From the IMG/VR virus record IMGVR_UViG_3300048035_000135, positions 1 through 64,000 of that record: a stretch of DNA of 64,000 nt; one strand, given 5' to 3'. Positions within the stretch are counted from its first letter, which is position 1. Every line of letters starts with the position of its first letter. A program made the translations under genes and the position numbers. The stretch comes from a virus. This document shows positions 9,829-19,115 of the stretch, in pieces. The notes under the pieces were generated by a model, which saw nothing but the letters and a program-made list of their open reading frames with translations, did not search any database and was not told the origin of the DNA.

Positions 9829-10041
9829 TTATCTTCGTTTTGATTTAGCTTTCTGAGATTCTTTATCATATGCTTTCTTTTCTTCTTCTTTCCATTTTAT
9901 TATTTTACCAATATAAAACTTCCTAGCCCAAACAGGCATATTGTAAACATCCGAAAAAGTAAATCCACCATTTCCGTGGAATATTAAATCAAAAATTTGA
10001 GAATGCAGTAATTGTCTATAGTTAAGATTGAGGCCAAAAAA
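9829..10041 (-). CDS. gp51-like baseplate hub assembly protein, probably expressed by frameshift
   Basis: YRQLLHSQIFDLIFHG...SDVYNMPVWARKFYI resembles gp51-like proteins; the frame overlaps the end of the gp26-like gene at a T7 run. Confidence 0.6.
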   Translation of the reverse strand, partial: FFGLNLNYRQLLHSQIFDLIFHGNGGFTFSDVYNMPVWARKFYIGKIIKWKEEEKKAYDKESQKAKSKRR

Positions 10042-10906
10042 ACCCGATATCCATAGGCAGTAGCATATCTCTCCTTTCCCCGGTCTCTTCAGATATAAAT
10101 TCATATGTTAAATCAACATCTGGTATAACTGAACTAATATGCGCTCTGAGAGCCCTTGAATCTGCCGCAAATAGTTCATTGTTAACAAAGTTATCTATTA
10201 CACTCTGGTCGAAACTTCCATCAACTGATGTGATTGTGTTTTTTAATCTAATGGTTAGTTGCCTATCCGTTTTATCACCCATCTTTTTAGATGCTTTCTT
10301 TTGTGCTTCTAATTGATGTTTAATTTTTCTTTCTTTACTTTCAGTCAGTGCCATAAAAGTAATTTTTCTCTTAGATTGTGGTAAATCAAACTCAAACTCA
10401 TTCTTATGTAGTTCTACTTGCCCCGTACCATCATATTCAAATCCATCAAATTGAGTTAAATCAATAACTTCTTTTTGTTTTGTACCTGGTTGGGTTGGGT
10501 CATCAATCTCTACTTCATAATCTTTACCATATCCTAAGATTCTGGCTGCAATCATAATAGCGTTTTTATCACCTAAAGTAAGGTCTACATACTTTACCGC
10601 AACACCTTCACCATTTGATATAATAAGAGATTGGAATAATCTATCTAATACTGAACCATCTTTTATATAAGATTGGGTAGTTAAGATATCTTCTTCTTTA
10701 GCAGTCATATACTTCATCTCTATCTTTCCAGTTGATAAAGGATTATCTTTCGAATATATAAGACCCTTAGAAGGTAAATCTATGATTTCTGTTGGAAATT
10801 TGTAATCAGAAACCTGTTTTTGCTCATATTGCTTTTTAGCGAGCTCCACCATATCCTTATTGGAAACTGGTGCTTTGTAATCATCTTGTAATTCTTCTTT
10901 ACTCAT
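10022..10906 (-). CDS. gp26-like baseplate hub/tail assembly chaperone
   Basis: IDLPSKGLIY...MTAKEEDILT motif and C-terminal FFWP. Likely start MSKEEL at 10906, since the track start lies within the promoter motif. Confidence 0.75.
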   Translation of the reverse strand: MSKEELQDDYKAPVSNKDMVELAKKQYEQKQVSDYKFPTEIIDLPSKGLIYSKDNPLSTGKIEMKYMTAKEEDILTTQSYIKDGSVLDRLFQSLIISNGEGVAVKYVDLTLGDKNAIMIAARILGYGKDYEVEIDDPTQPGTKQKEVIDLTQFDGFEYDGTGQVELHKNEFEFDLPQSKRKITFMALTESKERKIKHQLEAQKKASKKMGDKTDRQLTIRLKNTITSVDGSFDQSVIDNFVNNELFAADSRALRAHISSVIPDVDLTYEFISEETGERRDMLLPMDIGFFWPQS

Positions 10907-10950
10907 AACGTTTCTCGTTTTAAAACTTATTTTAATATTGGTTAACCATA

Positions 10951-10958
10951 TATAAATA
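10951..10958 (-). promoter_or_regulatory. Putative late promoter motif TATTTATA
   Basis: About 45 nt upstream of the gp26-like start. Confidence 0.6.
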
Positions 10959-10980
10959 TACAAATATTATTAATTAAACG

Positions 10981-11010
10981 AAAAAACCTCAACATTTCTG
11001 CTGAGGTTTC
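10981..11010 (-). terminator. Intrinsic terminator after tail tube gene
   Basis: AAACCTCA...TGAGGTTT stem followed by a U-tract on the minus strand. Confidence 0.7.
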
Positions 11011-11051
11011 TCATTATTTAATTTCTAATATATAAATATAACAATCCGAAA

Positions 11052-11540
11052 TTAGTATTGTAGTATTGCGTAATCGTATGAAAGTGTTAAATCTACAGTT
11101 GCTAAATCTTCACCAGTATAGTCCATATCTGAGAACTTTGCTGTTTGAATGAATGCTCCTTTTAATGTCCACTCTTCTACTTTATCACCAACAGGACCCA
11201 AACTGTTAAATGTGATATCTTTTTTGTAGAAGTCGGAGTAACCATCTCTACCTGTTACTGATTCGTGATGTAATCTTACCCACTCCATTGCTGCTTGCGC
11301 TGCTGATGGAACTACTGGGTCGTACAATGAAATTGTTAAATCACTCCACTCACTTCTTCCTTTTACATATCTTCTAACATTGATATGGTCGATGGTAACT
11401 TTACCATTTCCTATTTCTGGTCTGTTGGCTGCCTTTATTAAGTACGCTGGAATACCCTCAATGTACATAATAAATCTGTTCGACATCTTCGGTTCGAATG
11501 ATGTGAACATTACTTCTGTTGGGTCTAATAATTGTGCCAT
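11052..11540 (-). CDS. Tail tube protein (T4 gp19-like)
   Basis: FEPKMSNRF...W...LYDP...EEWTLKGAF...LSYDYA pattern; adjacent to the sheath gene. Confidence 0.9.
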   Translation of the reverse strand: MAQLLDPTEVMFTSFEPKMSNRFIMYIEGIPAYLIKAANRPEIGNGKVTIDHINVRRYVKGRSEWSDLTISLYDPVVPSAAQAAMEWVRLHHESVTGRDGYSDFYKKDITFNSLGPVGDKVEEWTLKGAFIQTAKFSDMDYTGEDLATVDLTLSYDYAILQY

Positions 11541-11567
11541 TTAGTTTCTCCGTTTCTAATTCTTTAA

Positions 11568-11575
11568 TATAAATA
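11568..11575 (-). promoter_or_regulatory. Putative late promoter motif TATTTATA
   Basis: About 28 nt upstream of the tube gene. Confidence 0.6.
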
Positions 11576-11595
11576 TAGTTTATTTCAAAAAATAG

Positions 11596-11623
11596 TTAGT
11601 CCCCCTTAAAAAAGGGGAACTAA
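11596..11623 (-). terminator. Terminator after sheath gene
   Basis: TTAGTCCCCCTT-AAAA-AAGGGGAACTAA GC-rich stem. Confidence 0.7.
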
Positions 11624-11634
11624 ATTATTTTATA

Positions 11635-14037
11635 CTATTCTGGAAATGCTGCTCCAGTTGGTAATACATTGAAATCAAGTACTATAAACTCTGCTGTTTT
11701 CGCTGGTTGTAAGAATATCTCACCAACCATAATGTTTCTATCAATCACATCTGGAGTGTTGTTGGTTTCATCCATCTTCACTTTAAATGCGTATAAACCT
11801 TGTCTTTGTTGAATTGATTCTAAGTAAGGATTAACGATTGATAAGAATCTATTTCTCGTAGCTGCTGTGTTGTTTTCGAACACTAAGTAACGAGTAGATG
11901 ATGCGATGAATTTCTTCACTGCGATTAACAATCTTCTTACATTGATTCTATCCAATGCCGATGGTTTAGCTTGTAATGTTTTCTGTCCAAATACAGTAAC
12001 ACCTTGACCAGGGAATGTTGCGATAGGATTCAATCTACCTTCATAAAGTGAATCTCTCTCAACTCTAGTCAATCTTGTCTTAGCTTCAATTACTGAAGTT
12101 AATCCACCTCTATTCAATCCTGCAGGAGCGAACCACTCAGCGGCTACTTGGTCGTTAAATGCGATAACGCCAGGAAGTACAACTGATGGTGGCACCCATA
12201 CTGGTTTGTTTTTATCAGTATTAAGTATCTTAACCCAAGGATAGTAAGATGCTACATAGTTTGAATCAAATGCTTGAACTGCGTTAACAGCCGTTGAAAT
12301 TGAATCACTCCATGCAGATGCATCCATTACAAAGAATGTATCTTGTCTATCTTCACACATATCTTTAGCGAAAGTAGTTACTGCTGAGTGTAATCTGTGG
12401 ATAACACCTGGTAATACTAACATATTGATATCAAATTCATCAGGATTAGATACTGAATTGATTGCTTTTCTGTATGCTAATGTTCCTGCTGCTGTGTTAG
12501 ATGATAAATCATATCCTTGTGAGTTTCCTGATGATATATCGTTTCCTAATGAAACAACTCTCGATGGTTTGAATCCATCAAAACCACCTTGGAATGGTAC
12601 TAAGAACTTTCTAGAGTTAATAGAAGTTACTGCATCATTCAATGAAATTGCGCCTGTATTAGGTGCTGCTGATGATGGATAATTAGCTCCACTTTCTTGG
12701 TTGTAATCACCTAAGTAGAATGCCGTACCTACTGTAGCCGTAGCTGAATCAGGAGTTGGTGCTAAGAAGTTTCTATTATCTGTTACTGCAAAATCAAAAT
12801 CTAATCCGTAGAATTTCTTAGGATTGTATGAATTATTGATTTGTTGTGCTGATACATACGTTGGATTCGGTAATGAAAGTTTACTTCCGAATGGATTTTG
12901 TAATGCTCCAAATCCGAATGGTACTAATGATTCATCAATAGCTTTATTCTTAACTGCGTTTGAAGCTTCAACTCTAATATTTTCTGAGTTGTTAGCGTAA
13001 TCACCATTTGTTGATAATTTTCCATCTGCATCTACAGTAATGTATTTATCACCGATTACTCTAACAATGTAGTTTGGTGAATCAGGGTCTAAGTTAACAC
13101 CTTGGAAGGTTTCAACTAAGTTAGGTCTGATATCTGAATCAACTACACCTACGAATGGTGAACCAGCAATCTTATCTTGGTCAACTCTTCTTACTACTAC
13201 AGTAAATGAACCATACTCAGAACCTGGTACTGTACCAGCTGGTTTGATATCTTGAATACCGATTTTGAATTCGTAGTTAGTTGCTGTACCATGTGATAAG
13301 GTATGGAACTTAAATAAGTTAGTAGTGTTACCACCAACTTTTTGTGATGTAATAAATGGTGTTGATGCTTCCGTATATGCTTTACTATAATCAATATCTT
13401 TAGCAACATCAATTGTTACTACAGGAATCTCACCAGATTTAGCGAATGATGCTGATTGGAATGTTTTAAAGTTTGTTAAAACATAAGCTTCTTCCGAACC
13501 TCTAGGTGAAAATCCAAATGATTTAGTAAAATAATTATCATTTGTTGGATTTAACGATGCTGTAAAATCTTTTTCTGTTACTTCAGAACCATTTAATTTT
13601 AATGAGAACAACGATGCTGATACATCAGATGAACCATTATGGTCTGTAATTGTTGATGTGCCAAACACATCTGTATCTGATACCACTTCATGTGTTGGGT
13701 GTAATACTGCTACTACTTTACTACCATGCGATGATGATACTGTCAATGCTACTGGATTTTCAAGAGTATATCCATCTTGTCCTAATACCCTAACGATTGT
13801 TGCAGTACCAGCATCTTCCAAATAAGCTTGTGCAGTATATGGTAGATATGAATCTTCTGTCAATCCACCGAATACTTGTTGAAACTCTTGAAAAGATGAT
13901 ACTTTAGTTGGAACGAACGCAGGTCCTTTAACTGCTGAACCTATTAATGCTGCTCCAATTTCGCCAATCCCTTGAGGTAGAAATGACAAGTCCTTTTCTC
14001 TCGTAAATACTCCAGGACTTACTATTCTTTCTGCCAT
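11635..14037 (-). CDS. Tail sheath protein (T4 gp18-like)
   Basis: N-terminal SPGVFTREKD; C-terminal WFAPAGLNRG, GQKTLQ, DRINVRRL, FENN, PAKTAEFI motifs. Confidence 0.95.
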   Translation of the reverse strand: MAERIVSPGVFTREKDLSFLPQGIGEIGAALIGSAVKGPAFVPTKVSSFQEFQQVFGGLTEDSYLPYTAQAYLEDAGTATIVRVLGQDGYTLENPVALTVSSSHGSKVVAVLHPTHEVVSDTDVFGTSTITDHNGSSDVSASLFSLKLNGSEVTEKDFTASLNPTNDNYFTKSFGFSPRGSEEAYVLTNFKTFQSASFAKSGEIPVVTIDVAKDIDYSKAYTEASTPFITSQKVGGNTTNLFKFHTLSHGTATNYEFKIGIQDIKPAGTVPGSEYGSFTVVVRRVDQDKIAGSPFVGVVDSDIRPNLVETFQGVNLDPDSPNYIVRVIGDKYITVDADGKLSTNGDYANNSENIRVEASNAVKNKAIDESLVPFGFGALQNPFGSKLSLPNPTYVSAQQINNSYNPKKFYGLDFDFAVTDNRNFLAPTPDSATATVGTAFYLGDYNQESGANYPSSAAPNTGAISLNDAVTSINSRKFLVPFQGGFDGFKPSRVVSLGNDISSGNSQGYDLSSNTAAGTLAYRKAINSVSNPDEFDINMLVLPGVIHRLHSAVTTFAKDMCEDRQDTFFVMDASAWSDSISTAVNAVQAFDSNYVASYYPWVKILNTDKNKPVWVPPSVVLPGVIAFNDQVAAEWFAPAGLNRGGLTSVIEAKTRLTRVERDSLYEGRLNPIATFPGQGVTVFGQKTLQAKPSALDRINVRRLLIAVKKFIASSTRYLVFENNTAATRNRFLSIVNPYLESIQQRQGLYAFKVKMDETNNTPDVIDRNIMVGEIFLQPAKTAEFIVLDFNVLPTGAAFPE

Positions 14038-14077
14038 TTGATTCTCCTATTAATTTCTTTTGGTTTTTATTTATATC

Positions 14078-14085
14078 TATAAATA
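14078..14085 (-). promoter_or_regulatory. Putative late promoter motif TATTTATA
   Basis: Upstream of the sheath gene, which also has an AGGAG SD. Confidence 0.6.
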
Positions 14086-14111
14086 CATCAAAAAACTCAA
14101 AACGATTATAT

Positions 14112-14411
14112 TTATGGGATAGGAGTAAAAGTTCCGTTTTCAATATCAAACTCACCAGTACCATATTTCTCATTAAACTCTTTTGTTAATGATACTTCAT
14201 CAGTTCTTAGTTGTTTGAATGTGTTAACAAAATTATCTTTAGCCATTTTGATATTATCGACTATCATCATAGCGTTGATTAATTCTACCTCTACCTCACC
14301 CAATTTAGCAGTTACTTCTGCAAAGTCGCTTCGAAATTTTTTAACTCTTTCGATATCTTTTTCTTCTATTTTAACAACTTGTTTTTCTTCAATGTTTTTT
14401 ACTTCTGCCAT
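14112..14411 (-). CDS. Hypothetical coiled-coil protein
   Basis: 99 aa, ends KYGTGEFDIENGTFTP; late motif at 14455-14462. Confidence 0.7.
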   Translation of the reverse strand: MAEVKNIEEKQVVKIEEKDIERVKKFRSDFAEVTAKLGEVEVELINAMMIVDNIKMAKDNFVNTFKQLRTDEVSLTKEFNEKYGTGEFDIENGTFTPIP

Positions 14412-14482
14412 AACTTTTAGTTTTATAAATTTTTGGTTGTTATACTTTTATGTATATAAATATGATAATTTTTTTCTAAAGA

Positions 14483-15286
14483 TTAGATTTTAGGAGTTGT
14501 TTTCCAAACTATCTTCGATGTTCCGAATGCTTTTTGTGTATTTATCTTCAATCCAGTCTGTTCTGGAACTAAATACGCTTTAGCAGTTAGTGTTACATTA
14601 CTTCTAACAATTCTTTCCTCACCTACTCCATTTGTTGTATCAAATGAGTATGATTCACCTTTTATTTGGAACTTATATCTTTGCCCAAACGCACCACCTT
14701 GAAAATAAACTATTTGTTCTACAACCTTATTCAAATCTTCCATAAAATCACACCACACAATCACATCATATGCTATATTAACGTAATCTGGTCTATCTAC
14801 TATATATTTTTCTACAACAGGCCTCTGGTCTTGTAATATAGAAAATTGGTCGTATCTGTTTTCCTTAGAATACTTCTTTACAAATGATTGTGATGTATCT
14901 TCATCTGTCATCACTTTAAGTTTAGAGTATTCTGTATTGATATCTAAAGAATTTCTCTTAAATGAGATTAGTGGTGTTTGTACTTTACCATTGTTATCTC
15001 TTAAAAACCCTTCTCTTTGTGCCGATGCCCAATTCTCTGGAGATGCATACATAACAGGAACAGGAATAAACTTACCATTCTCTTCGATGATTGGTTTAAC
15101 ATCTCTTTCTAAGAAATCCTTAAATGCTAAATCAATATCATAGATACCAACCTGAACGTTTTTTACATCATCAGTTCTACGAGATATTTGCTTGGATTTA
15201 TCCAATTTAGGGTCATCTGTAAAAGAACTTTGGGTTCTCTTCAAATCAACCTTATCATCTCTTTGTATTCTATATCTTTGAGCCAT
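14483..15286 (-). CDS. Tail terminator/sheath stabiliser (gp15-like)
   Basis: VPVMYASPENW...PLISFKR...PDYVNIAYD motifs; synteny with neck genes. Confidence 0.65.
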   Translation of the reverse strand: MAQRYRIQRDDKVDLKRTQSSFTDDPKLDKSKQISRRTDDVKNVQVGIYDIDLAFKDFLERDVKPIIEENGKFIPVPVMYASPENWASAQREGFLRDNNGKVQTPLISFKRNSLDINTEYSKLKVMTDEDTSQSFVKKYSKENRYDQFSILQDQRPVVEKYIVDRPDYVNIAYDVIVWCDFMEDLNKVVEQIVYFQGGAFGQRYKFQIKGESYSFDTTNGVGEERIVRSNVTLTAKAYLVPEQTGLKINTQKAFGTSKIVWKTTPKI

Positions 15287-15287
15287 A

Positions 15288-15815
15288 TTAGATTCCTACT
15301 GGTAAATCATTGTTATCTTTATTAACACCTACTCTAAAATCATCTCTTAATTTTAGTTGACTTCTCTTTGCTACATGCGTTTCACAAATAATAGATACAC
15401 TATATCCTTGCTCATCACCACCATCCCAAGTAGTTGGGTTTTTACCTGCGAAGAATTGATTTTGGAACGTTACATCTACAATATGTTGTTCATCATTCCA
15501 TTCAATCACATCACCTAATTCAGGAAATATATTTTTTTCTACTAAAGTATCTCTCAAAAAGTAAAAGTTTACATTTCTAGTGTAAGATGTACCAAACTCA
15601 TCAAATATAGCTTCTGCATTTGTTCTATCAACTAATGTTGGTATTTTTACGGGATTATAGTAAACTTTGTTCTTACCTTCACCATATAAGTTAGCATTTG
15701 TATCATCTATAATAATTTTATAGTAATACACTTCGGTATCTATGATATCCGTTATTAGTTCTTTGTTTATTTTACTAAACAAAGCCATATCTCGCTTTCC
15801 ACCGAATAGTGCCAT
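15288..15815 (-). CDS. Neck/head-closure protein (gp14-like)
   Basis: NLYGE...FG...PELGDVI motifs; synteny. Confidence 0.65.
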   Translation of the reverse strand: MALFGGKRDMALFSKINKELITDIIDTEVYYYKIIIDDTNANLYGEGKNKVYYNPVKIPTLVDRTNAEAIFDEFGTSYTRNVNFYFLRDTLVEKNIFPELGDVIEWNDEQHIVDVTFQNQFFAGKNPTTWDGGDEQGYSVSIICETHVAKRSQLKLRDDFRVGVNKDNNDLPVGI

Positions 15816-15818
15816 TTT

Positions 15819-16979
15819 TTACCCTATATAAATTGCACGAGGAACTCTATTAAGAGTTAATTCCATCGCTTCAGATTCTTCTTGCTGTGCTTGTAATAAT
15901 GCTCTTCTAGAAGTAGCTTCTAAGTTTTCTCTTAACTCTGTAATTAAGATTTCTTTTTCAGATGCCGCCTCACTTCTTAAATCTGCCCCATCTAATGTTA
16001 CATCTGCGTTAGGAATTGGTATAGAACTAAATTTAGCTCTTACTGCACCTAACATTTCTTTAGCTAACGCTAATGTGTATTTTTCAATCCATCTTTTACC
16101 AACGTGATTGATGTGTTTATATTCAATTCTATCATATTTAGCATTTGAGTAATCAGATACTACTGATGCTTGTACGATTGGGTTGTTTCTTTCCGATTCC
16201 AATACATAATGAAAGTGTATTGTGTAATTATTTTGTGGAATAGGGAATATTCTGATTCTATTGTTTTGAATATCAAACCCATATTGTGATTTACGAACTT
16301 TATCGTTAAATTCAATCGCTTGTAATCTTAATAAATCATCGTAAAGTGGTTGCATCATAAATGATACACCAGGTGAGTAATTACCCCATCCAAATGTATC
16401 CATCATTTGTTGTGAACCTAAACCAGTTCCTACAAACGGGTCAAAATATCTAACCATAGCAGGTGGTGCGTTGTGCATCATCTTTTTGATTTCAAATTTA
16501 TCCGTACCAACAACACCATTTTCTAAAGATGCGCTTGAATCGGTTATATTTGTTAAATCATAAATTTGTTTTCCCTTTTTAGCTTCAAATGAACCTGTAT
16601 AATAGGTTATTGAACCACCACTACCAACTTCGCTACCATAATCTTTTGCTAATGTTACTAATCCACCTAAATTTGCGTTAAGTTGGGTTTGAGATAAGTT
16701 AGAACCAGTTGAATGCCCTTTTAATGAAAGTAAATTTTCTCTAATGTTGAATTGATTAACTTGAGATGAATATTCTGTTACCGCTTCTTCAAAACAAGCA
16801 TAGAAATTTATATCCTGTAGTTCAATATCAACTATAGGATAACCTAATCTCTTAGCACACCACCCAGCCGTTTTATCAACTGATGATTGAAACTCTGTAT
16901 CGGTATCATAATGCCCAAAAGGTGTTTTACCAGCTGAGAAAGATGATGAACCCGGCCATATTGGAATATTTACTGCCAT
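15819..16979 (-). CDS. Neck/adaptor protein (gp13-like)
   Basis: RLGYPIVDIEL, YTLALAKEMLGAVRAKF and VTLDG motifs. Confidence 0.75.
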   Translation of the reverse strand: MAVNIPIWPGSSSFSAGKTPFGHYDTDTEFQSSVDKTAGWCAKRLGYPIVDIELQDINFYACFEEAVTEYSSQVNQFNIRENLLSLKGHSTGSNLSQTQLNANLGGLVTLAKDYGSEVGSGGSITYYTGSFEAKKGKQIYDLTNITDSSASLENGVVGTDKFEIKKMMHNAPPAMVRYFDPFVGTGLGSQQMMDTFGWGNYSPGVSFMMQPLYDDLLRLQAIEFNDKVRKSQYGFDIQNNRIRIFPIPQNNYTIHFHYVLESERNNPIVQASVVSDYSNAKYDRIEYKHINHVGKRWIEKYTLALAKEMLGAVRAKFSSIPIPNADVTLDGADLRSEAASEKEILITELRENLEATSRRALLQAQQEESEAMELTLNRVPRAIYIG

Positions 16980-17001
16980 TTACTATCTCCTAAATCTTTT
17001 A

Positions 17002-17009
17002 TATAAATA
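17002..17009 (-). promoter_or_regulatory. Putative late promoter motif TATTTATA
   Basis: About 23 nt upstream of the gp13-like start. Confidence 0.6.
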
Positions 17010-17111
17010 TGGAAATCTTTAAGAATCACTTTGTTTTGTAAGTTATTGATACTCAACACGTTCCACTATCACTATCATAACCAATTGGTTATCAGATAGT
17101 TATGTTATTTT

Positions 17112-17582
17112 TTACTTTTTCTTCTCACTACAAGTATATGTTGCAGATACAACACTACTACTATTAATTTGAATACCAGTAGTTGTACTTAATGCTAAGA
17201 ATCCTGCTCCTGCTTCTGTAGCACCGCTTGAGTTTGTGTATATTGTATCACCAATCGTTGGATTTGTTCCACTTCCATTGTGATAATAGGTTGTATTGGG
17301 AGTATTTCCACATACCTGGGTATTGTTCGGACTACCATTTGCTGTAAACGCTTTGGTAGTAGTTTTATCGTGGTCATAAGAATAAAACTCACTCATAGCA
17401 TATGGAGCTGAACTATTAGGTCTATCGGTTGAAGCGTTTGCTGTATTGATTTCACCATTACTCCCTATAGACATTTGTCTCAAACTAATATTAGAATAGG
17501 TAGATGTAGAATCGTAATTATTATTACCAATCTCTCGTCTAATTCCTCTTAGTTTAAGTGCACCACTTGATGGAACTGCCAT
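17112..17582 (-). CDS. Small fibre-associated virion protein
   Basis: MAVPSSGALKL...MSEFYSYDH N-terminal type commonly found after chaperone-bearing fibres; translationally coupled to the upstream fibre gene. Confidence 0.55.
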   Translation of the reverse strand: MAVPSSGALKLRGIRREIGNNNYDSTSTYSNISLRQMSIGSNGEINTANASTDRPNSSAPYAMSEFYSYDHDKTTTKAFTANGSPNNTQVCGNTPNTTYYHNGSGTNPTIGDTIYTNSSGATEAGAGFLALSTTTGIQINSSSVVSATYTCSEKKK

Positions 17583-18781
17583 TATAGTTTCCCTTTTAGT
17601 TCTTCAATTTCTGCTTTTAAATCTTTAATTGATTCAATCAATAATGGAACTATCTTTTCGTACTTAACACCTTTATATCCATTTTCTCTTGTAGTTACTA
17701 CTTCAGGAAGAACTTCTTCTATTTCTTGTGCTATTACACCAACATCATGCCCTTCGTTACCATGCTGAGTTTTCTTTTCTTCTTCTGTAAGTTCTTTCCA
17801 ATCAAATTCGTATCCACCAATTTTTGATACTTTATCTAATGCGTTTTCGATTGGTTTAACATTTTTTTTCCATCTTTTATCGGATGATGAGTATGCTACA
17901 ATATCATTACCAGCATCAATCCTACCATCAGTTGAGGAAGCGGTTACGTTTACACCTATTGAATCATCTATTCTTACTCCATTAGCATTCAGATAGAATC
18001 TTTGAGTACCAGCAATTGATATTCCCATATAACTTGTACCAAAATAAAGCCCGGTGCTAGTTTGAGAACTGTATGCTAATGCTGGTGAAGATGTACTACC
18101 CGCTCCAATGTAATATCTAGTAGCTGTTAAGCTATTTGCAGATGCATTATAAAGTAATCCACTATCAGATGTAAGTGATGTACTCCCATTCCAAAGAGCT
18201 ATCCTACCACTTGAACCACCACCAGTTATAGTACCACTGTTAGTTGTATAACCTGCACCATTAGTTAGTTGGTTATTATTGGTAACATTAGTTGCCCCAT
18301 TAGCTACATTTAATGCACTTCTAACTTCAGCAGCAGTTAATGCATGAAGTGTACTACCATCACTAAATCTAGCAAATTCGTTTGCGTTAACAGCACCATC
18401 TATCTTCGTTATTACGGCAGCGGTTGTGTTTGTTGCTGAAGTTAGTCCTGTAACGTGCCCATAAGTATCTAATGTGATATCTTGAATAAAAGTGTTACCA
18501 CTATTATTTACGGATGATGCAGTTGATGTATCTTGATGATTGATTGTGATTGTTTCGTTTGAACTTTGATTTGTTGTAAAAGCCGCTCCACCAGTTAACG
18601 CATTTCCTGCTGATATTGTTATTGTTGCGTTATTTGCTGATGTACCTGTTGGTAAATTTGTTAGGTTACTACCATCACCTGAGAAAGATGTTGCAGTTAC
18701 ATTATTTAATACCGCATCACTTCCCGATACAATTACCTTTTTCCAACCACCTGTTGGTCCACCTGGTTCTCCACCTGCCAT
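17582..18781 (-). CDS. Fibre protein with C-terminal intramolecular chaperone (peptidase S74)
   Basis: SSDKRWKKNVKPIENALDKV...GVIAQEIEEVLPEVV...YEKIVPLLIESIKDL. Confidence 0.85.
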   Translation of the reverse strand: MAGGEPGGPTGGWKKVIVSGSDAVLNNVTATSFSGDGSNLTNLPTGTSANNATITISAGNALTGGAAFTTNQSSNETITINHQDTSTASSVNNSGNTFIQDITLDTYGHVTGLTSATNTTAAVITKIDGAVNANEFARFSDGSTLHALTAAEVRSALNVANGATNVTNNNQLTNGAGYTTNSGTITGGGSSGRIALWNGSTSLTSDSGLLYNASANSLTATRYYIGAGSTSSPALAYSSQTSTGLYFGTSYMGISIAGTQRFYLNANGVRIDDSIGVNVTASSTDGRIDAGNDIVAYSSSDKRWKKNVKPIENALDKVSKIGGYEFDWKELTEEEKKTQHGNEGHDVGVIAQEIEEVLPEVVTTRENGYKGVKYEKIVPLLIESIKDLKAEIEELKGKL

Positions 18782-18844
18782 AATTTATTCCTTTAAATGT
18801 TCAACGTTTTACTATAAATATTAAAAAATATTTTATTATAATAA

Positions 18845-18878
18845 AAAACCCCTACACATTTATATATGTAGGGGTTTT
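18845..18878 (-). terminator. Intrinsic terminator
   Basis: AAAACCCCTACA...TGTAGGGGTTTT 12-bp stem with A/T tracts on both sides. Confidence 0.8.
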
Positions 18879-18884
18879 ATGATT

Positions 18885-19079
18885 TTAAACTTTTGGTTTA
18901 ATTAACTTTTGTATCTTTACGGCTGTTTCATAAACAATCTGAACGTCTTTCCCCTCAAAAGTTGATTTAGCTATAAGAGATAAGAGAAACTCCAACTCTT
19001 CGGGTCTAAACTCAATTTCAGTGTCTACTTCTTTTTTCTGGTGAGCCCTAATTTCGGCTACTGTTGTTGCTTTTGCCAT
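18885..19079 (-). CDS. Hypothetical protein
   Basis: 64-aa ORF between fibre genes. Confidence 0.6.
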   Translation of the reverse strand: MAKATTVAEIRAHQKKEVDTEIEFRPEELEFLLSLIAKSTFEGKDVQIVYETAVKIQKLIKPKV

Positions 19080-19115
19080 AATATAACTTTTTTAATTAAA
19101 CTTAACGTATAATTA

